Source: Chitinivibrionales bacterium (lineage in GTDB: Bacteria; Fibrobacterota; Chitinivibrionia; Chitinivibrionales; WJKA01). From it: a stretch of 64,000 nucleotides of DNA. How positions within the stretch are numbered: the stretch's first letter is position 1; every line of letters starts with the position of its first letter. The notes beneath the pieces are model-generated. The model saw nothing but the letters and a program-made list of their open reading frames with translations, did no database searches and was not told where the DNA came from. Location: NCBI GenBank assembly GCA_038247415.1, contig JBBRUX010000012.1, forward strand, positions 1 through 64,000, read 5' to 3'. The position numbers and the translations under genes are program-made. Shown here in pieces: positions 1 to 9,479 of this stretch.

Positions 1-242
1 GCCGCCTCAATCGTGATGTTTTCACTCAATAAATCTATCGTGCGATCCTGCACCACATCAAAATTGACAATGTCGCCAAGAACCATCCTGAATTCTTTAA
101 TTTTTCCATTTATTTGACGTGAAAGGTAGGATAACGCACCCACTGTGAAATATCCAGTAACAATATCAATTTTACCGGCTTCAGTATATTCCTTTAGCCA
201 TTCGTAAACCTTCTGGTTTTCATTCTTATTGTCTAAAATCAT
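1..242 (-). CDS. 5' part of a helicase-related (SNF2-type) protein with N-terminal PLD-like domain; runs off the window
   Basis: Manual translation from ATG 242 (RBS AAGGAG upstream): MILDNKNENQKVYEWLKEYTEAGKIDIVTGYFTVGALSYL...; the 'IVTGYF' pattern resembles PLD-like N-termini of RM-associated SNF2 helicases. Confidence 0.6.
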   Translation of the reverse strand, partial: MILDNKNENQKVYEWLKEYTEAGKIDIVTGYFTVGALSYLSRQINGKIKEFRMVLGDIVNFDVVQDRTIDLLSENITIEA

Positions 243-258
243 TTTTTTTCTTTCTCCT

Positions 259-280
259 TGCCCAACATAAATGTTGGGCA
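259..280. repeat. Perfect inverted repeat TGCCCAACAT-AA-ATGTTGGGCA
   Basis: 10-bp arms seen directly; contains GCCCAAC-N6-GTTGGGC. Confidence 0.8.
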
Positions 281-371
281 TTCAAGACGGGCAAGTTTTA
301 TTTGTTTTTGCATTTAGCCGCCGCTATAAATTTCATCGTTTAAATTTATTGACACTAGCTATATGTTTGTT

Positions 372-1205
372 CTACCAGCCGATACTTAGATCAAGCTGCT
401 TATTCCAGTCGATCCACTTTTTTTTAGGAAGCCGTGTAGCGTCGAAGTGGCGCTGAGCATAATGATAGCTGCCAAGGCTTTTAAACTGTTTCCGTTCTTG
501 GGCAATAAAGTCGGCGTAGGCTTGATTCTGAGTGGTGTTGAAATCGGCTATTTCGCTATTCTGGGTATTTTCAAAATCCTTGATTGCATCTTCTTCTAAA
601 GAAGCAAATTCCTCGAAGGCTTTTTTAAGGTCTGAGCAATAGGTGTCGACATTGTGGACAAGGGTGAATTGTTCCCCCACGGTAATACTAAATGCCGATT
701 GGTTTTGTGTTTTTGATAAAGGAGAGACGCCAATAGTGCCTTTATGAACAAAAAAATCGGCTCCATTTTGTGAGCAGTCAACAGAATAAATTGTACCCCT
801 GATGGCTGCCGTGGCAGTGGGAGTTGTTATTGAAAAGTTTTCCTTTTCGGTAAGCTTTTTAACATTGATCCAAATCGAGCCCGTTAGGGTAGTAAGATTT
901 GGTTGTCCCGTCTGATCGCTTGATAAACGAGTGGTTGTGTTTTCATCAAAGCGAGCAACCCGTGTTTGGCCAAATCTGATTTCGCACCGCGATTCTTCGC
1001 CGGTTGTAAGAATATCCATGGCAAAGAGTGGCAAGGATAGGCGTGCCTTGAGGCTCACATTGTTGCGCATGATGGAAACACTCCCAATAAAAGAAGTAAT
1101 TGTCCCAAGGGGAGCCGCAGCTGTGGTTGCCCTGCTTTGGCCTGGAAGTGCAAAAATGCCAAGTACCATGAGGCTTATAGGGAATGTCGTAGAGCGCATA
1201 TGCAC
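372..1205 (-). CDS. FecR-domain exported protein
   Basis: Signal peptide; 'D.L.TG.ES...I.F' and 'F.ITTPTATAAIRGT.Y.V' FecR motifs. Confidence 0.85.
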   Translation of the reverse strand: MHMRSTTFPISLMVLGIFALPGQSRATTAAAPLGTITSFIGSVSIMRNNVSLKARLSLPLFAMDILTTGEESRCEIRFGQTRVARFDENTTTRLSSDQTGQPNLTTLTGSIWINVKKLTEKENFSITTPTATAAIRGTIYSVDCSQNGADFFVHKGTIGVSPLSKTQNQSAFSITVGEQFTLVHNVDTYCSDLKKAFEEFASLEEDAIKDFENTQNSEIADFNTTQNQAYADFIAQERKQFKSLGSYHYAQRHFDATRLPKKKWIDWNKQLDLSIGW

Positions 1206-1214
1206 TATCCTTTG

Positions 1215-3098
1215 TCAGGGAATTTGTGAGAGTGCCGCTTGAACCTTTTTAACAGTAAGTATATCTCGCATGACCGTAGGGTGCAAAGAATCCTTTGCAG
1301 AAAAAATCGCTAAAAATGGAATAGAACGGGACCCAAGCATTGTCATGAGCGATTCTGCCGGCGCGTTTGACGTAGTGAGATCCGCCAAAAGAGGGAGAAC
1401 GTTTTTAGTATTGATAAGATCAACGATGGTTTTATCAGAAAGAACGACCGCAGAATTATATTGACAGTTCATACACCATGATGCTGTAAAGTCAACGATT
1501 ACCGAACGGTTTTCTCTCTGGGCCCACAGGAGTTTTTCTGGTGAATAGGTTTCCCAAACGAGTTGGCTGTTTCGACTCTGCGCTGTGGCGCCTACGGAAA
1601 GCGTGGTAAAAAGACCAAACCAGAGCTGTAACCCAGCTGCAAGAATGAGTGTTCCAACAAGGCCGGCTATCAATTTTCGCAATCGATTCGATCCAAAGGG
1701 TGCAATTTTATTGTATAAAATTACCGCGGCACAAAGAAAAACAGCAAAACCAGCAGTTTGAGCTCCCAATTGCCCCGGCAAACCAAGCAAGAGGTATGCA
1801 GCAAATGCAAAGAGGGCAAAACCTAGGCTGTATTTAAAGTATTCCATCCAGGGCCCAGGACGAGGTATCAGACGCGCTAGAGGCGAAAAAAGCGAGAGAA
1901 GCAGATAGGGGAATGCCATCCCTATGCCAAGCATGGTAAAAACCAAATACGTGGTGAGTGCTGGTTGCGTTAATGTCCACGCAAGCGTGCCCCCTAAAAA
2001 TGGACCGCTGCACGGTGTTGCTAATAAGGTTGTAAGCATACCTTTAAAAAAATACCCGAGCAAAGTTTCTCGATTGTGTGTTGAAGCTTTACCAATAAGA
2101 GATGGTACGCCCATAATGTAAACATCAAACATCCCCAGACCAAAAATAACCATGAGCGAAATAAGTGAGATTAAAAACCAGGGATTTTGAAATTGTGCAC
2201 CCCAGGAGAGTCCTGCAAATGCAGCAAGGGTAGCCAGAGCCATGAACACAGAAAGCACCCCGAGTGAGAAAACCCCGCCAAAGAGCAATTTCTTTTTTAA
2301 ATTATCCTGGGCATTGTTTGCAAGCGCAATGATTTTAATGCCTATTACTGGTAAAACACACGGCATTGCATTAAGGATGATGCCGGCAATAAAGGCAAAA
2401 AGGAGAGCGAGTCCAAGGGTCATTGTAGAAGCTTGTGCGCGCGGAATATAATTGGGCAAGGTATTTTGCGGCGACTGTGGAGATGGTTTCAGCGTAATGG
2501 CACCCATGCTCATTTCGTTTGAACTTAGTGGGGGCGCGGAATTTGTTTCCACAAAGTCCATAGAGAGGGCAGTGGCAAAAAGGGTTGCCAATGAGACATT
2601 ATCAGCGAAGGAGGCGACCATTTTTAAGCTTCCCGTTGCTACAAAGGGTATGATTAGCGGCACATCTTTAGACACGGGTATACACGAGGTATTGCATATA
2701 AGCCCAGAAATAGAAATTGAGGTTGGCGGGACGGCACCACGTAGTAGTCCTTGTGCAAAGAAATGCGCGCTGTCTGAGTAGGCAAAAACATAGTCTCCAA
2801 ATGCGGGGTCAAATCGCTTGGGCTTGAGTTTGAAAGCCTTAGTCCATTGAATTTCTGGGAGCGCAGGAAGCTTAAGCGAAAATGGTTTGCCCACTCCTGG
2901 GCCAAGTGGGTTAGAGTATAAATGAAAAGAATCGGGAATACGCACGGCAATATCAATAAGAATAGTATCGTTGGTCGTATAAGCCCTTTTGTCAAAGGTT
3001 ATCGTGGCGCTCAATTCAGCAGGTGCTGCGTCGCTTCGCGAAATAATCCCTACGCAGAGCAACCAGAGAAGCGGGAGAATTGTCGGGAGTGTTTTCAT
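1215..3098 (-). CDS. dsbD: Thiol:disulfide interchange protein DsbD family
   Basis: N-terminal DsbD-alpha with CNTSC, TM domain with MPCVLP and TPCSGPFLG, C-terminal thioredoxin DFTASWCMNC; start moved to ATG 3098. Confidence 0.92.
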   Translation of the reverse strand: MKTLPTILPLLWLLCVGIISRSDAAPAELSATITFDKRAYTTNDTILIDIAVRIPDSFHLYSNPLGPGVGKPFSLKLPALPEIQWTKAFKLKPKRFDPAFGDYVFAYSDSAHFFAQGLLRGAVPPTSISISGLICNTSCIPVSKDVPLIIPFVATGSLKMVASFADNVSLATLFATALSMDFVETNSAPPLSSNEMSMGAITLKPSPQSPQNTLPNYIPRAQASTMTLGLALLFAFIAGIILNAMPCVLPVIGIKIIALANNAQDNLKKKLLFGGVFSLGVLSVFMALATLAAFAGLSWGAQFQNPWFLISLISLMVIFGLGMFDVYIMGVPSLIGKASTHNRETLLGYFFKGMLTTLLATPCSGPFLGGTLAWTLTQPALTTYLVFTMLGIGMAFPYLLLSLFSPLARLIPRPGPWMEYFKYSLGFALFAFAAYLLLGLPGQLGAQTAGFAVFLCAAVILYNKIAPFGSNRLRKLIAGLVGTLILAAGLQLWFGLFTTLSVGATAQSRNSQLVWETYSPEKLLWAQRENRSVIVDFTASWCMNCQYNSAVVLSDKTIVDLINTKNVLPLLADLTTSNAPAESLMTMLGSRSIPFLAIFSAKDSLHPTVMRDILTVKKVQAALSQIP

Positions 3099-3283
3099 AT
3101 AAAATTCCTTTTGAAAAAGAGACAGAGAAGCGGCTTGCGGTTCATGCAACGAATAATCATGTTTTTACAATATATGTCACGGAATGAGAACTTTTCCTCT
3201 ATGAAAATGAGCGTTTGGGGGATGTCCACTATTATATTAATACTATATGCTTAAGGAGACCAACACATTAGCAACCTGAAAGG

Positions 3284-4069
3284 ATGGTGCTTGTGGAATC
3301 TATACTTGATCGTGGTTCCGAACTGAGCTTTGCGCATGAGAATGAGCAGGCAGAGACCTTTATAACAGCCGAAGACCTTTCTGCTGCTGCTCGGATACTT
3401 GTTGATATTGTTGAAAAAGACTCTAAAAATTTTCGTGCCTTTAACAATATGGGAATAATTGCCTGGATGCAAAAGGCATGGGATGATGCCTATGCCATGT
3501 TTTCCACCTCCGTCTCTTTAAAACCCGATTATCTCGATGCACTCATGAATTTGTTTGATTCTGCCCTCAAATTGCATAAAGTGGGTGAGTGTGTACCACT
3601 CTTTGAACGTGCGGCGGCTCTTCTTCCTCAGAGCAAAGAACTAGAGGAAATAGTCGCGAGTATTCATACCCACAAAGAAGCCATTTATCAGACCCAGCGA
3701 GCTTTGACAATAGGGGCCTATAATAAAGATATTGCCGAAGCTGCAACAATTCTGGCCGAAGGGCGTCTACTTTCGGCAATGGAAAAATACCTTAGCATTC
3801 ATGATACGCAAGGGCCTCACGCCGAGGTGTACTCTGGACTTGGTATAATATCATATTATCAAGGTAAGTTTAGCGATGCCTATGCGCTCTTTGTAGAATC
3901 TGTCAAGCTTAATCCCTGCAATCTCGAAACGTTTCTCAATCTGGCAGATGCAGCAAAAGAGTGCGGAAAGATAGACGATGCCCGTGCAGTCTATCAAACA
4001 TATGCTCAAGAAATACGGGAATTGTCATCTATTGCATCCGAATTTGAGCGCGCCACAAACATGCCTTGA
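3284..4069 (+). CDS. TPR repeat protein
   Basis: TPR consensus repeats (AFNNMGII, VYSGLGII, TFLNLA). Confidence 0.85.
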   Translation: MVLVESILDRGSELSFAHENEQAETFITAEDLSAAARILVDIVEKDSKNFRAFNNMGIIAWMQKAWDDAYAMFSTSVSLKPDYLDALMNLFDSALKLHKVGECVPLFERAAALLPQSKELEEIVASIHTHKEAIYQTQRALTIGAYNKDIAEAATILAEGRLLSAMEKYLSIHDTQGPHAEVYSGLGIISYYQGKFSDAYALFVESVKLNPCNLETFLNLADAAKECGKIDDARAVYQTYAQEIRELSSIASEFERATNMP

Positions 4070-4098
4070 TGTGAACGTGTGAGTAGAAATGGTGCCGT

Positions 4099-6441
4099 GT
4101 GGTAGCTTTTGGTCATTACGAATTTAGATACGTGCGGTATTCTTGCCTGATTATTGCGCTGCTAGCATATTACCTAGCGCCATTGCACGCAAAGTCGCTT
4201 GCTCTTTTTGCAGACCAGGCTTCTGCTGCTCCCGCAGTTCTTGATACAAAATCCCGAACACATCTCGAAGCGAGACTATTGCCGTATTTTCGTTTGAGGG
4301 CAGCACGATTGCCTATTGTTGCCGGATGCGAAATCCCAACGCAGCAAGAACTATGGGTTCTCTCGCGCAATTATTCTGGTTTATCGACTGCCTTTAAAGC
4401 CGTGTATACGCAGGCGTATGGTGTACCCGCAGGATATCGTGTATTTGTAACGCCAAAAAAGAATGGTGAGATATGGTATACTCTCAATGGTTCCGATAAA
4501 GTCAATGGTGTTGATTCGCTCGACACAATGGGTTACGATACGCTCGATTGGCGAACGAAAAAGTTTGGTAAAAATAATATACCCGATTATATCGACGAAG
4601 TCGCCTTCGCTTTTGATAGCACGTATGCTATGATAATCGACCGTTTCGGATTTTCTGCGCCATTGCCCGCCGATAGCAGGTTTGGTAGCCCTGTGCGCTA
4701 CAAAATTATTATTTCTGCCTTGGGAACAGGAGATTATGCAATTACTACTCCGGGCGATCGTGCCGGTGCATCCCAAACGGGGTTTCGGAGCGAAATTATC
4801 CTGAGAAATTCCTGGAAAGGACCTCCCTGGGATCAGGCCGTTAACAATTACGACCTACACCCGGAACTTGCAGTGAGGGTAACAATCGCCCACGAGTTTT
4901 TTCATGCAGTTCAGTATGGTATGGCACGCACGTTGGGATCGAGAATGCCCATAGACGAATTCCCGCTTCAGTGGCTGGAGAGCAGTGCCGTGATGATGGA
5001 AGAACTCGCATTTAGTTCTGTAAACGATTATATCCAATATGCCAATGATTTTTATGCAAGACCCTCGGCTACTATTTTTTCAGATTTTTCCGATCCCTAC
5101 CAGTATAGTTTACTAGTGCTCTATCTTTATTATCATGCCGATAGCGCGCCGGGGATAGCTTTTATTAAAGATGTATTTCTTCAAAGCCAGCTGGGATCCA
5201 TAGATTTCTTTGCCAATCTCGATGCAATAGCACGCCGTTATCACACCCGATGGCTCGACCTCTTATCGAATTTCTTTACGGCAGCATATTTTAGCGGTGC
5301 AAGGGGAAATGCTTTTATTTTTATTCCCGATGCATCCCAATTACCCATGTATACAATAGTACAGGATCAACCCGATTTTTCGGGATCAATACGTAAAAGT
5401 GTTGCTCCCATGGGAATGCAGATGCTTTTGTTTGGTCAAGAGCCTTTTCGAGTCGACTCATTGCATGTTTCCTGGATTGGCACCAATGCGTCAAAAAGCG
5501 CGGTAAGTATTGGTTCCTGGAACATTTCTATGCTCTATAAAACTCAATCGGATGCCCTGTATGATACGATCGTTCCTTTTGATTCCGGATCAAGTGCCAT
5601 GAGTAGCTTGATTTGGGGAACTCATTCCGATCTGGTAATGATTGCAACAAATGGTGTTGCCGATTCGTCTCGGATAATTACAGGATCGTTTACTACCTGC
5701 GATCATCCCGTTCAAAATGGGTACATTTCAAAAGCGCTTGGGAATCAAAACGATACATTGGAATGCCGGAACTTTTTCAAAGGTAATTCGGTATGTCAGC
5801 CTGCCGTAATTTTTCCAGAAAAAGCATCAGTATCATTGGCAAACCTCAGTAGCTCAAACATACAAACCGGATCCACGGGGTTTACGATGTATGCAAATGC
5901 AGCACTTTTGTCGGTTCTTGATAGCTTTGTGGTGACCATCAAGGTGAATCCGCACCTCATTCGTTCGCTGTGCAATCAGCTCGATGCAACGCCAGAGTTG
6001 CTTAACGTCTATTTTTCTACCGACAATGGGCTATCCTGGCAAATTATTCCAAGTTCCTATGCTGTCCAAACAGGATATACTGCTACCCTTTTTAATTCCG
6101 GCATATGCATTGTGGGAGGCAAGAAACTTGGTTCTTCGGTACATGTTTATCCCAATCCTATACGGTACTCAAGTACGCACAAAGTTCACATTATTGCCAA
6201 AGATCTTTTAGAAGTTCGTATTTTCTCGGCTGGCGGAAAACTCTTGACATCATGGCGTGCGAGTGGTGTGCCTTCAGAGGATGGCTTATTTCAGCTTGAA
6301 ACAGGATCTCTGGTTGCACTGAATCCGAGGGCTCATATAAAGTGGCTCATTCCTGGAATATATTGGTTGCAGATCACTTCAAAGGATCCCATTACAAAGG
6401 GAATTAAATCGGAACGCAAAAAAATGATGGTTGTACCATGA
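4099..6441 (+). CDS. Secreted HEXXH zinc metalloprotease (MXAN_6640-like) with C-terminal T9SS-type sorting domain
   Basis: Signal peptide; 'PDYIDEVA..FD', 'TIAHEFFHAVQYG', 'WLESSAVMME'; C-terminal 'VYPNP...IFSAGGKLL...PGIYWL'. Confidence 0.75.
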   Translation: MVAFGHYEFRYVRYSCLIIALLAYYLAPLHAKSLALFADQASAAPAVLDTKSRTHLEARLLPYFRLRAARLPIVAGCEIPTQQELWVLSRNYSGLSTAFKAVYTQAYGVPAGYRVFVTPKKNGEIWYTLNGSDKVNGVDSLDTMGYDTLDWRTKKFGKNNIPDYIDEVAFAFDSTYAMIIDRFGFSAPLPADSRFGSPVRYKIIISALGTGDYAITTPGDRAGASQTGFRSEIILRNSWKGPPWDQAVNNYDLHPELAVRVTIAHEFFHAVQYGMARTLGSRMPIDEFPLQWLESSAVMMEELAFSSVNDYIQYANDFYARPSATIFSDFSDPYQYSLLVLYLYYHADSAPGIAFIKDVFLQSQLGSIDFFANLDAIARRYHTRWLDLLSNFFTAAYFSGARGNAFIFIPDASQLPMYTIVQDQPDFSGSIRKSVAPMGMQMLLFGQEPFRVDSLHVSWIGTNASKSAVSIGSWNISMLYKTQSDALYDTIVPFDSGSSAMSSLIWGTHSDLVMIATNGVADSSRIITGSFTTCDHPVQNGYISKALGNQNDTLECRNFFKGNSVCQPAVIFPEKASVSLANLSSSNIQTGSTGFTMYANAALLSVLDSFVVTIKVNPHLIRSLCNQLDATPELLNVYFSTDNGLSWQIIPSSYAVQTGYTATLFNSGICIVGGKKLGSSVHVYPNPIRYSSTHKVHIIAKDLLEVRIFSAGGKLLTSWRASGVPSEDGLFQLETGSLVALNPRAHIKWLIPGIYWLQITSKDPITKGIKSERKKMMVVP

Positions 6442-7010
6442 ATAAGAAGCATGAAGTAAAATCGTTAGCGCTGGTTTTGGGCTGCATTGTGAGCGCTGTA
6501 TGCATTGCTGCTGTCGGTAACGGGTGCGTCGTGGCTACAAAGCTGCATCGTAGCTTGGATATCGCCCACGAGAAAGTGTTTTTATTTCCCCTTGCTGATA
6601 GTACCGGATTGTTCGCATCTGTACAAGAGGGTGCAGGGTACGATGCCCTTCGTGATGATCAAGTAGCTTTAAAAAAGAATCTCGATACCGTCCTTCTGAT
6701 AGAAATGCGACGGTGCGAAAAGTTTGGTTACTATCAAATGGTAGATGATTCTTCTTCTGCTTCTGTTCACATGCAGCTACTGCTTAAACAGCCCCAATAT
6801 AAAAGGGATTCTTTGTTTGTTGTGGTGGAGTGTAGTGTTCAGCGTAAAGGAGTTGGCGTAACAGATACCTTTACTGTAGTTGCATCATGCCTTATCCCTC
6901 GTAAACAAAATTCCGATTCTCGGGAGATTAGCACGGGAAAAAATATTATCTCATTTGTCTACTATTTTCCTGCTAAAAAAATCGCTGGGCATTTTTACCT
7001 TGTTCACTAA
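6438..7010 (+). CDS. Hypothetical lipoprotein
   Basis: Overlaps upstream stop (ATGA); hydrophobic N-terminus ending in GNGC. Confidence 0.6.
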   Translation: MNKKHEVKSLALVLGCIVSAVCIAAVGNGCVVATKLHRSLDIAHEKVFLFPLADSTGLFASVQEGAGYDALRDDQVALKKNLDTVLLIEMRRCEKFGYYQMVDDSSSASVHMQLLLKQPQYKRDSLFVVVECSVQRKGVGVTDTFTVVASCLIPRKQNSDSREISTGKNIISFVYYFPAKKIAGHFYLVH

Positions 7011-7074
7011 TGGCCTTATTAAAATTTTACAATGCCTTGATTTTTTTATGAATACGATAAATTGTTCTAGACAG

Positions 7075-7094
7075 TATGCATAGTTAATTGCATA
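7075..7094. promoter_or_regulatory. Palindrome TATGCA-N8-TGCATA, candidate operator
   Basis: Inverted repeat ~70 bp upstream of the STAS gene. Confidence 0.35.
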
Positions 7095-7163
7095 ATCTGT
7101 TATGCGTGTCATTATCTAGTCTTTATAAACGCACGGTACTTCATCGTTAGCACTAGGATTATC

Positions 7164-8330
7164 ATGGATATTTCTTCGTCGCATTTTTTCGGTTACGATG
7201 TAATAAGTTTGTCTGGTGATATGCGGATCAGTGGAATACCATCTCTAACGCCGCTGCTCATGAAGCATATGCAATCAAGCATAGAGCCTAAACTTGTGCT
7301 TGATTTAACGGGCGTTATTTCTATAGACTCCTTGGCTATACGACTTCTTATCAATCTAAAAAAACGCCTCGAAGAGTCTTCTAAAACTCTTTTTTTCTAT
7401 AACCCATCATCTGTCGTTATGGAGGTACTTGTTTCAGTCAACCTAGATAAAGTATTTACCATTATCGAAAATCTTGATAGTATTAATCGGGATGTAGCAG
7501 CAACAACCTATGAACGCTATCTGCCGTATACAACTAAAATGGATGCCGTGAACAAAGTGGCATGCACGTGTGAAGTATGTGGATCATCCAATACAAGCGG
7601 CTATCTGATAGATAATTTTGCGTATGACTGGGGTTGGCTGGGTGATGAACCCTTCCCGGTTGCTTTTACGAAAGGTACCAAAGAGACGTTTGATGTGCTT
7701 TCTATTGTGCCAATAGTCTGCAATGACTGTTATATGGCATCATGCAATATCGCGCATTTTAAAGTGCGTGTAGGGGAAAAGGTTCGTATTCCTTCAATTC
7801 TCGACGAGCAATCCAAGAACATTTTGTCTAAGGGTATCAAAAAGCGCAAAAAGAAAATCGAGGATTTGGGCGAATTGCCTCCAAATTTCTTCGACTACCC
7901 CCGGGATAAAACTGCAGCCTGCATGGCCTACGAACTCGCGGAAAATTGCGCCCGCAGCATGGCTGTGGATAAAGCGGCTGCAACGCCTTTTGAAATAGGA
8001 TATCTCAATTATATCTCTATTAAATACGCTAAAAATGAACAAAAAGAAGAATTAATAAATAATTGCAGAACGTGGCTTACGCAGGTTTTGTCCGAAAAAG
8101 AACGCTATAACTGTTTCGATCTTGCACGAACCTATTTCGTCCTTGTCAATGCATCTCTCAATCTTGGTAAAGTTAAAGAAGCTGCTGAGTCGCATGCAGC
8201 GTTTACAACCATGATCAATGAGATTAAAATTGGGGCTCAAGGTATAGAAGATCCACACTTCTGGTATAAACAAGCCGATTTAATTTGGAAACGGGAAATC
8301 GAGGATCGTTCGGGTGGTCTGAAAATCTAG
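7164..8330 (+). CDS. STAS (anti-anti-sigma-like) domain fused to a Zn-binding DUF2225-like/helical domain
   Basis: 'LVLDLTGVISIDSLAIRLL' STAS motif; CTCEVC and VCNDCYMAS Cys pairs; C-terminal TPR-like helices. Confidence 0.7.
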   Translation: MDISSSHFFGYDVISLSGDMRISGIPSLTPLLMKHMQSSIEPKLVLDLTGVISIDSLAIRLLINLKKRLEESSKTLFFYNPSSVVMEVLVSVNLDKVFTIIENLDSINRDVAATTYERYLPYTTKMDAVNKVACTCEVCGSSNTSGYLIDNFAYDWGWLGDEPFPVAFTKGTKETFDVLSIVPIVCNDCYMASCNIAHFKVRVGEKVRIPSILDEQSKNILSKGIKKRKKKIEDLGELPPNFFDYPRDKTAACMAYELAENCARSMAVDKAAATPFEIGYLNYISIKYAKNEQKEELINNCRTWLTQVLSEKERYNCFDLARTYFVLVNASLNLGKVKEAAESHAAFTTMINEIKIGAQGIEDPHFWYKQADLIWKREIEDRSGGLKI

Positions 8331-8358
8331 CTCTGCGATCTCGCTTTTTAATGGAATC

Positions 8359-9261
8359 TCAGAGGAACTTTACCCCAAATAATTCAGAGAATTCTAACTT
8401 TTTCTTCTCGAGGATAGCAGGCGAAACGATATGGTTTTTAGTGGCGTAATCGCCCTGCGCAAGATTTTTCGAATCTTTTGCCACAATCGTATCGACATAC
8501 TGTTCTAAAATGGTAAAGAGGGGTTCCGTTGGGTACTTCTGGTATGCTTCTGCAAGTGTGTTTTTAAAGAGAAATTGGTTCTCTCCTGCCAAATACCATA
8601 ATCGAATTATTAATTCCTTTTTGTCGTAATGCTTTATAATAGACAAAATGCGCATGGTAAGAAATCGGGAATCTTCTCGGGTAAGTTCGCAAATTCTTAC
8701 AAGCATATGCAATCCGCGCATGTTTTCCGCGTCACGGTCCAAAAGTTTTTCGATGCAGCTGCGTGCCTCGGCGACTTTGCCTTTGTGCACGTAATGGTTA
8801 GAAAGTACCAGATATGATGAGTAGTCTGTTGGATCGAGGGAGATTTCTTGAATAAGACTTTGAATAGCTTTGTCGGTATTTCCGATTTTTATAAAACTTG
8901 CTGCTATGGATTGGTAAGGAATGGGGTTTCGGTCGTCTGCTGCAATTGCTTTTTCAAACCACTCGATGCTTTCGACGCTCTTGCCCGCAAATTGATATAG
9001 GTCGCCAATAAGAGTATAAATATGCGATAGATCGCGTATTATTTCTTCATTCTTGTCTTCGATCAATTCAAAGACGTGTGCTACCATTTCAACAGCATCG
9101 ACAGTATGCTCAAATCCATTACTTTCGCATGATAAGTAAGCACAATCTTCAAAAGCTTCTTTGCAATCGGAATAGGGGGCAGTAAATGAGCATATCTTTT
9201 TTTTATACGAAGAAAGAGTCTCTCTACATGGGTTAGTCTCTAGTGCTTTGCTTGTTTTCAT
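8359..9261 (-). CDS. TPR repeat protein
   Basis: TPR motifs (LIGDLYQFAG..EKAIAADD, EISLDP). Confidence 0.8.
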   Translation of the reverse strand: MKTSKALETNPCRETLSSYKKKICSFTAPYSDCKEAFEDCAYLSCESNGFEHTVDAVEMVAHVFELIEDKNEEIIRDLSHIYTLIGDLYQFAGKSVESIEWFEKAIAADDRNPIPYQSIAASFIKIGNTDKAIQSLIQEISLDPTDYSSYLVLSNHYVHKGKVAEARSCIEKLLDRDAENMRGLHMLVRICELTREDSRFLTMRILSIIKHYDKKELIIRLWYLAGENQFLFKNTLAEAYQKYPTEPLFTILEQYVDTIVAKDSKNLAQGDYATKNHIVSPAILEKKKLEFSELFGVKFL

Positions 9262-9479
9262 AGTGCCCCTTTCATTTAATAGTAGTGTTGGGGCAAAGAT
9301 TTGTCAATCAATTATCGTTCAAAAATCGTTAAAAAGAATGGTATCTGATTAAGTGATTGATATTGATAAAAATACATGAATGCGGGTGGCGACGGACGAT
9401 GAATTAAGCCAGAAAAAGATTGTTGTAATGGTAGAGGCTGCAGCGCACAAGTGATGCTATAGTTTCATTCTGATACGCT

